44,440 nt of DNA, from positions 1-44,440 of the IMG/VR virus record IMGVR_UViG_3300043414_000127; one strand, written 5' to 3'. The translations under genes were made by a program, and so were the position numbers. The notes beneath the pieces are model-generated. The model saw only the letters and a program-made list of their open reading frames with translations, ran no database searches and was not told where the DNA came from. This document shows, one piece after another, positions 27,654 through 37,097 of this stretch (its first letter is position 1; each line of letters opens with the position of its first letter). The DNA is from a virus. Its lineage: Duplodnaviria; Caudoviricetes.

Positions 27654-28184
27654 TTAATCCAATCCTAAGAAGTTGATTGAGGAGCCGTTTAAAGCTGTCA
27701 GTGAAAAAAGATTGGTAGAAACAGATTCCGCAAAATTAAGTGTATCAGACAAACTTCTACCTAAAGAAATCATTACTGTTTCAGAAAGTATAAATTTTTC
27801 TGGATCGTAATTAACGTTACTAGGAGCATTGATAGCCAGCAAGTTTATAACAGATCCGTTAATAGCTGAGTCTGTTATGACCCTACCACCTACAAGCTTA
27901 GTAAACTGTTTGGCAATCCGTTCTTCTATATCAACAGTCTCATTTGGATATTGAGTAAAGTTGTAAGGAAGAAACCTATCTTTTTGTTCAGGACGCACGT
28001 AAGGGGGAGCTTGGATGTCAGCTACACCTCGAACATAGTCTTGTGGTTGGCGAACTTCCCAGTCACCGCTACAAACCATAAGTCCGTCCCAACGGAGTCT
28101 AAGGTCAGATTCCTTAAACTTTCTGCCGCAGGCATCGCAGATGGTTAGCCATCCACCATTAGACCAGTTTGATTTGTAGGACAT
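27654..28184 (-). CDS. Hypothetical protein with Cys motif, 176 aa
   Basis: ICDACG...MVC..DWE.RQPQ; repeated AINGSxIN/ALNGSSIN. Confidence 0.7.
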   Translation of the reverse strand: MSYKSNWSNGGWLTICDACGRKFKESDLRLRWDGLMVCSGDWEVRQPQDYVRGVADIQAPPYVRPEQKDRFLPYNFTQYPNETVDIEERIAKQFTKLVGGRVITDSAINGSVINLLAINAPSNVNYDPEKFILSETVMISLGRSLSDTLNFAESVSTNLFSLTALNGSSINFLGLD

Positions 28185-28187
28185 AGT

Positions 28188-28532
28188 TTAGCTGAGTTGA
28201 CGCAACTTGTACACAGTGGACAAGTACAAGGCAACAATCTCATCCACAATGTTTTGAATAGCTGACAGGTCACAGGACTTGCGTAGCTTTTGTATCTCAA
28301 GAACACGTTTAGAAAGATGGTCTGCAATCTTGCCGTTAGGTGCACTACTAAGCAAGGGGATGTTCATAATCCCTTCGTAACCTTGATACGTTTCAGCTAG
28401 TGTGTCAGCTAAATCTATGATCCCATCATAGAAGCCCTGCAAAGCTACATGCTGTGCATAGCTGCTAGTACGCAGATGCTCCATGTGCGTAAGGGTACGA
28501 TCTAAGAAAAGGATAGCAACGATTTGTTCCAT
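28188..28532 (-). CDS. Ferritin/Dps-like four-helix protein (DUF5856-like)
   Basis: HMEHLRTSSYAQHVALQGFYD...ADTLAETYQG...NIVDEI...YKL. Confidence 0.75.
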   Translation of the reverse strand: MEQIVAILFLDRTLTHMEHLRTSSYAQHVALQGFYDGIIDLADTLAETYQGYEGIMNIPLLSSAPNGKIADHLSKRVLEIQKLRKSCDLSAIQNIVDEIVALYLSTVYKLRQLS

Positions 28533-28552
28533 AGTTTGTTCCTAGTAACAAA

Positions 28553-28786
28553 TTACTTGTCAGACTTGCCGTCTAGTTTGTCAAAAATTTTGTTGATCAT
28601 AGTCTTAATCTCACGAATATCTTCTTTGTAGTCGTCTTTAACAACGTACTCCCTAGGAAGATCTTCACGCAATTTAGCTAAGTCAGCTTGTAACTCTTTA
28701 ACTGCGGCCCACATCTCACGGGCAAACCAACCAGTGATAGAAGAAGCAAAAGCCAGGGCAACATTTAAAAAAGTTTGGTAATCCAT
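28553..28786 (-). CDS. Small membrane-anchored coiled-coil protein, 77 aa
   Basis: N-terminal hydrophobic helix; YVVKDDY...IFDKLD; GGAGG RBS. Confidence 0.75.
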   Translation of the reverse strand: MDYQTFLNVALAFASSITGWFAREMWAAVKELQADLAKLREDLPREYVVKDDYKEDIREIKTMINKIFDKLDGKSDK

Positions 28787-28857
28787 TATGCGTCCTCCAT
28801 GTCTACTAATCTTGAAAGCGTCATAAAGTTTTCTTTGTTAATGAAGTGTAGTTGATG

Positions 28858-30933
28858 TTAGAAAAATTGTAAAAAGTTTCCTGTTGATGCGGCTGGTGGC
28901 GCAGTAAATATCCATCCTGTGTTACCGCCAGAATCTGTTGAATTTGCCCCCGCGTACCATGTAGCACCACCAGTGGCAGTTGAATTTTGAATATTTAAAT
29001 AATTTGAACTTACAACGCCGCTAGTTTTAACAAGTGTGCCATTATAAATGGTCACAATGTTACCAGCAGACCCTGTGACGTTCCAATTGGTTACTGTGTT
29101 TGAACTTCCAAAATCAAAAATAGTGGTTCGAACAGAATTAGAAATTGTTTGTATTGTGTTTGAACCACCAATAGTTAAACCCCCCGACGAATTTTTAAGC
29201 TCACAATTGTAAGTAGCACCGCCGCCCAAAAAGCTACCAAAACCAAAATTGTTACCTGTTATTTCAATTTTTCCTTCGCTTGTGCCTTGTGTTGTAGTAA
29301 AGTTAGTTGGCGCAGCGTTATTAAATGTGGTGCATTGTATTGTTCCACCATTAAACGTAATATTTTTTGTTCCTGTAGCAGTTTGAAATGTAGACCCCGA
29401 TACACTGCCACTCATGGCAAGGGTGTTGCCATTTAAATTTAATGTGCCAGATGTTAATGTTACTAATCTAGTTCCAAAATCATTAGACCAAGATATGTTA
29501 TTTGATAATGTAACAGTCCCTGTTGGGCTATTTATTTCAATGGGCGAATAAAATGTACTGGGTATATAAATTGCTTGCGTTGTGCGACCAGCAAAAGTAG
29601 TAGTTCCATTGCTGGCAAAAAAATCAGTATTGGTTTGTGTTGTAAAATTACCATAAACTGTGGGGCTTGAGCTTAATGTAAAATAAAAAAAACTTGTTCT
29701 TTCTACGGTCAAGGTTCCAACATTGTAATCTGCGTTCATGGTTAATGAACTTACGCTTGCGGCTTCTTTAATTATGGCGGTATCTTGCGCCAGTGGGAAA
29801 TCAGTTGATACGGCTGAACCCCCATCTGTTACCGACCAACAACCAGCACTTGTTGCGCCCCAATTCACCGAAACAGATGCAGGAGTAAGATAAACAGTTT
29901 TTGCAGCATCAAAATTTATGTTACTGTTTCCCCCGCAGTTTCCAAATCTAGTTCCAGACCAACTTGCCGATGCCCCAGCCGCAGCAATATCTCTAAAATC
30001 TACATCTCTTACTATTGAAATAGTATTTGCTGTTATTGTTCTTTGAACCCCAATAACATCAGAACAAACCATTGTTCGATATGCAGAAGCAAGACTGTTA
30101 GTAATTGTAAATGTTCCGCTAATTGTTTGATTTGCGTTTAAAGTAACTTTTGTAAAACCAACAGTAGACCTACCATTTATGGATAAATTATTAAATGTGT
30201 TTGCGCCAGTTATTACTATGCTAGATTTTGCGCCATTTGTAAATGATACTCCACCAAAAGTTAACCCACCTCCCTCAAATACAGGAGCAGAAACAGCGGA
30301 AGTTATTTGGGAACTGCCCGCATTAAGCGTAAGATTGGTGCTTGGTGAAAACGTAACTGCGTTTAAACTGTTTAATGCAATAGTGGAACTACTTAAATCT
30401 ATTGTTCTTGTATTTGAGTTTGAAGAAGACAAACTACCAGCAGTTACGTTGTAACCACCAGTATTAAATGTTCCGTTGGTTACTATAAGGCTAAATGATG
30501 ATAAACTAATTGCGCTGTTTAATGTCCACCCACCGCCAACACCGTCAAACACAACATTATTACCAAAAGTTTTTCCATTGGTTGTTATGGTTTTTCCAGT
30601 TGATGTGGCGGCAAATGTAGTTACGCCGCTGTATGATCTAGTAAAAAGTGTAGCTGGAAAAGTAAGACTGCCATGTACTGTCAATCCAATGTTTGTGCCA
30701 GAAAGGGTCATAGTCCCATCGGTACTTATTGTTATGTCATTACAAACCCTTGGGGAAACTGACATGGTGACGGTAAAATTTGCTGTTCCCGTGTTTGAGT
30801 TAGCATCAAAGAATACGTTGTCTGCGGCAGTAGGAACAGACGCGCCACCAACTCCGCCAGACGTAGCCGACCAGTTTGTAGTACTTGTTGCATTCCAAGA
30901 ACCACTCCCGCCTCTCCAATATCTATTAGCCAT
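28858..30933 (-). CDS. Beta-helix/adhesin-like tail or receptor-binding protein, 691 aa
   Basis: Extremely S/T/G/N-rich; two W..W.....P...D repeat units; lies in the structural block. Confidence 0.7.
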   Translation of the reverse strand: MANRYWRGGSGSWNATSTTNWSATSGGVGGASVPTAADNVFFDANSNTGTANFTVTMSVSPRVCNDITISTDGTMTLSGTNIGLTVHGSLTFPATLFTRSYSGVTTFAATSTGKTITTNGKTFGNNVVFDGVGGGWTLNSAISLSSFSLIVTNGTFNTGGYNVTAGSLSSSNSNTRTIDLSSSTIALNSLNAVTFSPSTNLTLNAGSSQITSAVSAPVFEGGGLTFGGVSFTNGAKSSIVITGANTFNNLSINGRSTVGFTKVTLNANQTISGTFTITNSLASAYRTMVCSDVIGVQRTITANTISIVRDVDFRDIAAAGASASWSGTRFGNCGGNSNINFDAAKTVYLTPASVSVNWGATSAGCWSVTDGGSAVSTDFPLAQDTAIIKEAASVSSLTMNADYNVGTLTVERTSFFYFTLSSSPTVYGNFTTQTNTDFFASNGTTTFAGRTTQAIYIPSTFYSPIEINSPTGTVTLSNNISWSNDFGTRLVTLTSGTLNLNGNTLAMSGSVSGSTFQTATGTKNITFNGGTIQCTTFNNAAPTNFTTTQGTSEGKIEITGNNFGFGSFLGGGATYNCELKNSSGGLTIGGSNTIQTISNSVRTTIFDFGSSNTVTNWNVTGSAGNIVTIYNGTLVKTSGVVSSNYLNIQNSTATGGATWYAGANSTDSGGNTGWIFTAPPAASTGNFLQFF

Positions 30934-30935
30934 GC

Positions 30936-31097
30936 TTATTCCTCAAACGTTACAGACACAACAGCAATCCAATCATCTAGACGCTGTTGTTTAATTGCTT
31001 CAATTTCAACATCTGTGAATGCGTGGTCATCAGGAAAAACCAAAGCATCTGCAAAAGTGCCGTAAGCAGTATCAAAAGAAAAATTAATTGTTACCAT
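30936..31097 (-). CDS. Small acidic protein, 53 aa (not in ORF track)
   Basis: Read manually (MVTINFSFDTAYGTFADAL...); fills the gap between neighbouring genes. Confidence 0.7.
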   Translation of the reverse strand: MVTINFSFDTAYGTFADALVFPDDHAFTDVEIEAIKQQRLDDWIAVVSVTFEE

Positions 31098-31098
31098 A

Positions 31099-31695
31099 TT
31101 AAGCCTGTGTAGTTACTGCAATGGCATCCCAACGACCAGTACCACTAGCCCCATAAGCGTTATAAACGACACCAACATAAGTTGTTTTATTAGCAACAGT
31201 TGTTGTTGGCAGTGTTACGCCAATAGCCGTATAAGCTGTTAAATCTAAAGCCCTTGCTGTTCCATTATCAAGAATTCTAAACATTAACTTATTGCCATCT
31301 ACAGGCGTTCCCGTAGGCGCATTAATAGTCAAAGCTGCTGCTTGTGCAGTCCAGTTATATTGGTCATAAGCACTAATGTCTGGCGTTACTGCGGTTGCAG
31401 AAGATGTGGTCGTGCTAACTCTTGGGTTGATACGTTTGCTTGTGAGAGTCTCAGCACCTGAATAGGTAACAATAGACGCGCCAGCAAGCGTTGTAGCTCC
31501 TGTGCCTCCGTTTGCTAAGGGAAGTGCAGTACCAGAATACGATAAAGCAAGTGTTCCAGATGTGGTAATTGGACTACCGCTAACAGATAAGAAACTGGGG
31601 GTTGATAGTGCGACAGACGTAACAGTGCCGCTACCACCTGAGCCTGAACCTGCCCAATCCAGCTTGTTTGTAAATGGATTAAATACCCAACTCAT
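31099..31695 (-). CDS. Tail fibre-like protein, 198 aa
   Basis: GTVTSV..., LPLANGGTGATT, ETLTSKRI fibre motifs. Confidence 0.7.
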   Translation of the reverse strand: MSWVFNPFTNKLDWAGSGSGGSGTVTSVALSTPSFLSVSGSPITTSGTLALSYSGTALPLANGGTGATTLAGASIVTYSGAETLTSKRINPRVSTTTSSATAVTPDISAYDQYNWTAQAAALTINAPTGTPVDGNKLMFRILDNGTARALDLTAYTAIGVTLPTTTVANKTTYVGVVYNAYGASGTGRWDAIAVTTQA

Positions 31696-31922
31696 GTTTT
31701 AGTTACCGAAGTTAAGTTATTAGATCCGTCATAAGTTAGAGTCAGTGTAGCTACAACAGTGCCTCCAGAACCACCTAGACGATAAACAATTCCAGTTAGA
31801 TTAGAACCTGTGTAGGACATTGACGTATAGTCATAAGCGCCAATACCAAGACTGTCTTGAATTGGTACTGGCTCTGTAAACTCATTAGTCAGCCTTACAA
31901 AATAATGAGTAGGCAGCAACAT
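31692..31922 (-). CDS. Small beta-rich structural protein, 76 aa
   Basis: ATGA overlap; LTLTYDGSNNLTSVTK. Confidence 0.65.
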   Translation of the reverse strand: MLLPTHYFVRLTNEFTEPVPIQDSLGIGAYDYTSMSYTGSNLTGIVYRLGGSGGTVVATLTLTYDGSNNLTSVTKT

Positions 31923-31927
31923 GCTAG

Positions 31928-32425
31928 TTATCCTGCAAGAGCTTTAAGGCTATCAAGTTTGGCGTTGAGCTTAGCTTGTTCTTCAGCTAAAGTTTGACGT
32001 TGCAATTGAACAACAGCCATTTCAGAAGACAATGTTTCTTGAGTCTTAGCTAACTCAGCTTGAACTTCAGATTGTTGTTTTTCAAAAGCTTTCTTTTGCT
32101 TTTCTAACTCTGCTGAATCAGCACGAGTTTTTAAAGCAAGAGCAGCCATGTCTTCTTGAGTTTTGCCAACTTGAATAGCAAGAGCTTCTGCATCAGCAGT
32201 GCGCTTTGCAGCCGCAGCAAGGGTAGCATCAGCCTCTTCTTGAGCTTGTTTAATACGGGCTTGAACTCCGTACTCATAGCTTTCTAATTCAGCTTTGCGG
32301 TTTGCAGCAGCTACGTTTGCAGCTTTATCAATGCGCTCCATCTCTTTATCAAAGTCACCTTTCATAATGAGTTGAGTAGCAACAATGATCTTACGGATTT
32401 CGTAGAGGTCGTTAGGTGAAAGCAT
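31928..32425 (-). CDS. Coiled-coil protein, 165 aa
   Basis: A/E/K/Q-rich heptads; AAGGA RBS. Confidence 0.75.
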   Translation of the reverse strand: MLSPNDLYEIRKIIVATQLIMKGDFDKEMERIDKAANVAAANRKAELESYEYGVQARIKQAQEEADATLAAAAKRTADAEALAIQVGKTQEDMAALALKTRADSAELEKQKKAFEKQQSEVQAELAKTQETLSSEMAVVQLQRQTLAEEQAKLNAKLDSLKALAG

Positions 32426-32436
32426 AATGTTTTTCC

Positions 32437-32847
32437 TTAAAGGTTAGGACCTTGTTTAACCATCCAAAGTACGAGAGAAAACACTTGCGTGCCTGAAGCG
32501 TACCCAGTAGTTTTAATAAGGATGTTTCCAGTTTTACCAGCACCAGAATTGTTAGTCAAACCACCAACGCTTTTAAACGACATGTCTTCACGACCAGTTA
32601 GGCCAATGATTTGTACATCGGTTGTTGCGTCCCAGAACAACTGCAATGCAAGTTGATCTGAAATGGAGTAGTCCATATTATCAATACGTACTGCTGTAGG
32701 AGTAGGACCAGTTCCACTTTGATTAAGTGTGCTCAAGTCTACTGCCGTTGTGAGGGCTTGGTCAGAGGTGTCTAACACCCCTGTTACCTTCATAATTACA
32801 TTACGCGGTCCTTCTTCAAGGATCTGTGTTGCAAAGGTGTTAGCCAT
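32437..32847 (-). CDS. Virion structural protein, 136 aa
   Basis: Beta-rich; lies in the post-capsid block. Confidence 0.65.
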   Translation of the reverse strand: MANTFATQILEEGPRNVIMKVTGVLDTSDQALTTAVDLSTLNQSGTGPTPTAVRIDNMDYSISDQLALQLFWDATTDVQIIGLTGREDMSFKSVGGLTNNSGAGKTGNILIKTTGYASGTQVFSLVLWMVKQGPNL

Positions 32848-32859
32848 GGTTGGCCCCTA

Positions 32860-33573
32860 TTAACGAGCGACTTCTTGAGCAACCAAAACAAAGTCTACAG
32901 AGATTGTTTGTGTAGCAGCAGGAGTAATCTGAATGATTTCAGTCAGAGCAGCATTTGTTAAGGTTGTACCAGTAGAACCAACAGTGGGGTTAGCAATACG
33001 AGCAATCAAGTTGTGCGCTAAGTACACCAACAAATCAGTACCGTCATAGCAGAATGCCACTTCAATAAAGGTTCCACCAGTCATGGTAGTCACGTTAGAC
33101 ACCAGTGTTGTAGCAGTGTTGTTTACTGTAGACACAAGGCTAAGGACACCAGTAGTAGCAAGTTTAAACAACAAGCTGTCTGTAGTAGCACCGCCTGTTT
33201 TGATTACACCAAAGTAACCAGTAATACCCGCGCCAACGCCGCTATAAGCGATGCGTGTGGTGTACCAAAACTTTTGTTCAGCAGCAAACTTAAAAGCAGC
33301 GGCAGTGCGATACATGGTAGTAGCGGTTGTAGCTCCACCAGGAGTTAGAACACCAATGCCACCTACGCCATCCGCAAGAGCAAATGTAGAGCTAGTACCA
33401 ACAATAGTGCGAGAGCCAGCATTACCCAAATCTGTGTAGTCGTTTTCGTAAGTAAAAACTTCTAGACCAGTAATACCACCAGTGTGGAAAGGATCGGGGA
33501 AAGGGTAGTTGCCAAGAGGTTGGCTTGCGGGCACAGTGGCTACGCCACTAAGAAATCGGGTAGGGTTTGACAT
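32860..33573 (-). CDS. Virion structural protein (beta-sandwich-like), 237 aa
   Basis: Start moved to ATG 33573 after AAAGGA; T/G-rich. Confidence 0.7.
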   Translation of the reverse strand: MSNPTRFLSGVATVPASQPLGNYPFPDPFHTGGITGLEVFTYENDYTDLGNAGSRTIVGTSSTFALADGVGGIGVLTPGGATTATTMYRTAAAFKFAAEQKFWYTTRIAYSGVGAGITGYFGVIKTGGATTDSLLFKLATTGVLSLVSTVNNTATTLVSNVTTMTGGTFIEVAFCYDGTDLLVYLAHNLIARIANPTVGSTGTTLTNAALTEIIQITPAATQTISVDFVLVAQEVAR

Positions 33574-33646
33574 TGGGTGTTCCTTTGACGTTGTTAAAAA
33601 CAACGCTTCACTGTTGAAGCGTCATTGGGACGATTAGATTCTAACC

Positions 33647-33715
33647 TTATTTAGGGGTACGTTGTGGTGTAGGAGTTGGGCGCTTACCCTTTTCCTTTTC
33701 GCGTTCAAAGCTCAT
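33647..33715 (-). CDS. Candidate 22-aa micropeptide MSFEREKEKGKRPTPTPQRTPK
   Basis: GGAG RBS 6 nt before ATG; directly after the capsid terminator. Confidence 0.4.
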   Translation of the reverse strand: MSFEREKEKGKRPTPTPQRTPK

Positions 33716-33729
33716 AGTGTTCTCCAGAT

Positions 33730-33761
33730 AGAAAGAACCCCCTCCGATTAAAGAGGGGGTC
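33730..33761 (-). terminator. Intrinsic terminator after the major capsid gene
   Basis: ACCCCCTC/GAGGGGGT 8-bp stem then TCTTTCT on the - strand. Confidence 0.7.
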
Positions 33762-33776
33762 TGTTACTAGTAACGA

Positions 33777-34697
33777 TTAAGGACCGTTAGAGCCGTAGAT
33801 GGCACGAGGATCAGACCAACCGAAGCTATAACGCTCGTAGCCTTTGGCTTTAGCGTTCATAGTGTCAAAGTCATTGTCTTGATCAAACGTAACAGCGTGA
33901 CGCTCATAGTACTTCAAACCAGTACCGCCAGGAATGGTGTTACGAATAAACCATGCGTGTGGAGCTGAGAAGTAGTGGTTCACCTTGAAGCCACCAGGCA
34001 AGTACTTACCAGTCGAAATCACGTTGATGTCGTTGTTGGCGTTACCTGTTTGGTAGTTAGAGTTCATGATGCGTTGAGCATTAAACAACTCTTGACGAGG
34101 GATGTGCAAGCTGTTAGGTTGAATAGCAACCAACAAACCACGGTCGTTTTGGAAACCCATGATTTGGATTACTGCATCTTCCAGAGCAGCTTCGGACAAG
34201 TCCACATCAACAGCAGGCTTGTTAGAGAAAGTGCCGCCAGCAGTGTTGGGGTGTGCTGTAGAGCACATAGCAACGCCGTCGCCACCTTTGTAAGTGCTGT
34301 TAAAAGCACGGTTGTAAACGTTAGCAGCAACGTTCTCTTTCGTTTGACGGAAAGACAAAGCCAATGCAGCAGCACGTTTCTTAGACACTTGCTCATACAA
34401 GTTGTCGTCCATCTCTTCTTTGGTCACGATATAACCCATTGCGTATGCAACGTGTGTATAACGAGTAACGAAGCCTTGGATCTCAGAATCATACTCAGTG
34501 CCAGCACCTTGTTCTTTAACAGGAACCAAACCAAAGCCAGACAATTGAACGTCTTCTTCGTAGTTCATGTTAGAAGTGTCTTTATCGAACAAGTCGATGT
34601 ACTCTTCTGGGTGCTCATCATAGGTTTGACCCCACCAAGCTTTGATACCAGGCCACAGAGCCTTGGGGTGAGATGCGGTAGTAATTACGCCAGCCAT
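33777..34697 (-). CDS. Major capsid protein
   Basis: 306 aa after the scaffold; KALWPG..., ERYSFGWSDPRAIYGS C-terminus; strong RBS; followed by a terminator. Confidence 0.88.
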   Translation of the reverse strand: MAGVITTASHPKALWPGIKAWWGQTYDEHPEEYIDLFDKDTSNMNYEEDVQLSGFGLVPVKEQGAGTEYDSEIQGFVTRYTHVAYAMGYIVTKEEMDDNLYEQVSKKRAAALALSFRQTKENVAANVYNRAFNSTYKGGDGVAMCSTAHPNTAGGTFSNKPAVDVDLSEAALEDAVIQIMGFQNDRGLLVAIQPNSLHIPRQELFNAQRIMNSNYQTGNANNDINVISTGKYLPGGFKVNHYFSAPHAWFIRNTIPGGTGLKYYERHAVTFDQDNDFDTMNAKAKGYERYSFGWSDPRAIYGSNGP

Positions 34698-34724
34698 AAT
34701 AGTTCTCCTTTAATTAGCTATTGA

Positions 34725-35345
34725 TTAAGCAGTGCCTTGGGCTTGCTTATACAAATGACGGTTGAAAATAACGTTGACTTTAGCAGCAGTGCCAGCTTCG
34801 TTATCTTGACGTTGAGCAAAACCAATCACCATGAAAGGCAGTGCCAACGAACCAGAAGAACCAAGAGCCAAGACAGTAGATGCCTTCATGGTAGTGCTAG
34901 ATTGTGGAGCAGATTGAGCCAAAGTAGTTTGGTTAGCTGTCCAGTTTGCACCGACGTTTTTGTTTACATCAGCCAAAGCGTATGTGTCAGCTTGAGCTTC
35001 GTATACAACTGTTGGGTCAGTGATCACATACACATAACGTGTGCCAGAGCTGAGTGTCAAGTACAGCTTAGCCAAGTCAATGTTAGTTCCTTCCAAGCTT
35101 ACGCCAGGATCAGCAGGACGAATACCAACGATGACGCCCATAGGGAGATCAGCATCAGCAGTCATTTTGGTTACAAAAGCAATGCCGTTTGCGTCAGAGC
35201 CAGTAGTCAACTTCACCACATCGCCAATAGCGTATGTGTTAGAAGCGTCACTGGCAATTGCAAACAATTGGCCTTGTTGGTTGAAGGGCGCACCAGTCAG
35301 AGTTCCGACTGGAGACAGACCACGGGGGCGGGATACGTTAGCCAT
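34725..35345 (-). CDS. Capsid-associated (decoration/cement-like) protein, 206 aa
   Basis: MAN...RGLSPV, IGDVVK, DPTVVYEAQAD; directly upstream of the capsid gene. Confidence 0.65.
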   Translation of the reverse strand: MANVSRPRGLSPVGTLTGAPFNQQGQLFAIASDASNTYAIGDVVKLTTGSDANGIAFVTKMTADADLPMGVIVGIRPADPGVSLEGTNIDLAKLYLTLSSGTRYVYVITDPTVVYEAQADTYALADVNKNVGANWTANQTTLAQSAPQSSTTMKASTVLALGSSGSLALPFMVIGFAQRQDNEAGTAAKVNVIFNRHLYKQAQGTA

Positions 35346-35363
35346 TTAAGACTCCTTGTACGT

Positions 35364-35885
35364 TTAGTTAAGTTTGATTCCACCGTTAGGGACATAGAAC
35401 GCTGGATTATCTCCAGAGACTTTTCCTTTACGGATAGCACCATCAATGCGATTGTTTTTTGCCTGAAGCTCAGCTTGATCTTCCTCGTACCATTCTTGCC
35501 GAATCTTCATTAAGTACCCGTATTGCTCTGTGCCTTGAGCACGAGGGTTTACAAGATACCGAATTCTTTCTCCGAGGTCACCATTACGGCTCACTACGTT
35601 TTCGCTCACGCCACCAACATCTTCTGGTCTAACAAACTCGTAGCCACTATCCATAGCTTCTTGAATGCGACTTCCTGCGTCCGTAAGAACGTGAAGGTGA
35701 TAACCAGGTATCTGTTGGCGGACACTTAACTTAGCTTCCGTACCATTAAAAGTATTACGGCGTTTTCGAGTTGCACCGTCTGATGCTGGCAAAGCTTTTG
35801 GTTCTGCTACTGCATTACGTTCAGCTTGTTTAGCAAGGTTACGGTCAAGTTTTTCAAACTCATTTAGTGCGCGGGGCATATTCAT
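35364..35885 (-). CDS. Head-module hypothetical protein, 173 aa
   Basis: GYEFV...LMKI..EWYEED pattern; between scaffold and capsid genes. Confidence 0.7.
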   Translation of the reverse strand: MNMPRALNEFEKLDRNLAKQAERNAVAEPKALPASDGATRKRRNTFNGTEAKLSVRQQIPGYHLHVLTDAGSRIQEAMDSGYEFVRPEDVGGVSENVVSRNGDLGERIRYLVNPRAQGTEQYGYLMKIRQEWYEEDQAELQAKNNRIDGAIRKGKVSGDNPAFYVPNGGIKLN

Positions 35886-35907
35886 TTCCTTTCAGTTAAC
35901 TTACAGA

Positions 35908-36735
35908 TCAAGACCAGTCATACGATTGGACGTATTCTTCTTTAGTCATCAGCTTTTGCTTGACGAATTTATCGCAAGCGGCTTTAGCATCAGCGGGTAG
36001 GTTGTCATACGATTGAGCATTACTGCCACCTCGACCTTGACGACCTGAACCAGATTCAACACGACTAGCAGGACTTTTCTTTTCACCAAACTTATTAGGA
36101 AACTCTTCTGCTAACACTTCATCAAGCTTATCTAGAAATGGCTTACCTTTTAGCATAGGAAACTCTAAGCGGATGCTATCACCAATACCGTTAGCGATGC
36201 TAGTCATACGTTTGTCTTGACCAAACCAAGTGTTGCCATCTAACCAAGATTGCAATTCTGGTTCCATTGCTTGCGTAGCAGGCTCTGGTGTCTTAACCGT
36301 ATCAGCTTCTTTAACAGCTTGTTTAGCTTCCTTCAGATCTTCTTTTGCTTGATCTAAGGCATCATCTAAAGCGTTGACTTTCTGTCCGTCACCGTCGCTA
36401 ATAGCTTGGGCACGGGATTCTTTAATCTCACGGATACGATCTTCGTATTCGTTAGCCTTACGTTCGTAGGCTTCTTTCTGAAATCTCTTAAACTCTTCTG
36501 CTGCTTCACGAAAATCTCTAAGCTGTTCTTTTGTAGCCTGTAAGTCTCTAATAAGGTTCTCATTATTCTTACGCAGAATAGGAAGAATCTCACGACCACG
36601 CTTTACAAAGATGTCAGCATCTACCCAATCAGACTCATTGCCACGGAAGCGTTCTTTTGGAACCCAACCTTGAGACTCTGCTTCTTTTAGAATTTCTTGG
36701 GGGACTTCGTTACTAGTAACAATTTCTTCACTCAT
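35908..36735 (-). CDS. Putative scaffolding protein
   Basis: Charged coiled coil; GWVPKE, W...N.WFG.D; MTKEEY C-terminus. Confidence 0.7.
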   Translation of the reverse strand: MSEEIVTSNEVPQEILKEAESQGWVPKERFRGNESDWVDADIFVKRGREILPILRKNNENLIRDLQATKEQLRDFREAAEEFKRFQKEAYERKANEYEDRIREIKESRAQAISDGDGQKVNALDDALDQAKEDLKEAKQAVKEADTVKTPEPATQAMEPELQSWLDGNTWFGQDKRMTSIANGIGDSIRLEFPMLKGKPFLDKLDEVLAEEFPNKFGEKKSPASRVESGSGRQGRGGSNAQSYDNLPADAKAACDKFVKQKLMTKEEYVQSYDWS

Positions 36736-36749
36736 ATCTTACTCCAAAA

Positions 36750-37097
36750 TTACTTTGATGCCAAATGAATGTCAACAACATCCATGTCTGGGTCTAAATA
36801 ACCTGTGACATCCATATCATTAACCATGCGGTACTGCTTGCCATCTCGACCTAAGTACATCAAACCTGCGTACTTAGCAAAGACAACCTTGTCTCCAACT
36901 TTGCACCAAGCTGTAGGGCAGTCTACATAGCAATCTTCACCCATTGCCACAACAACACCAGTGGTGTTAGCCATTTGTTCTCGTGAACTAGTTTCTTCTG
37001 TAGCAAGAATGATTCCGCTTGCAGAAGTCTTTTGCACTTCAACTGGTAAAAGCAAGATGCGATTACCTACTGGGTTAATACCTGACACGTTACTCAT
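36750..37097 (-). CDS. groES: Co-chaperonin GroES (Cpn10)
   Basis: PVGNRILL, mobile loop TSASGIIL, GVVVAMG, KVGDKVVFAKYAG. Confidence 0.9.
   Translation of the reverse strand: MSNVSGINPVGNRILLLPVEVQKTSASGIILATEETSSREQMANTTGVVVAMGEDCYVDCPTAWCKVGDKVVFAKYAGLMYLGRDGKQYRMVNDMDVTGYLDPDMDVVDIHLASK

Noticed and set aside
30476-30994. 172-aa + strand ORF
   Set aside because: Antisense shadow of the S/T/G/N-rich tail gene.
33975-35513. Long antisense ORFs (249 aa and 258 aa) opposite the capsid genes
   Set aside because: Explained by strong codon bias in highly expressed genes; no RBS or protein-like features.
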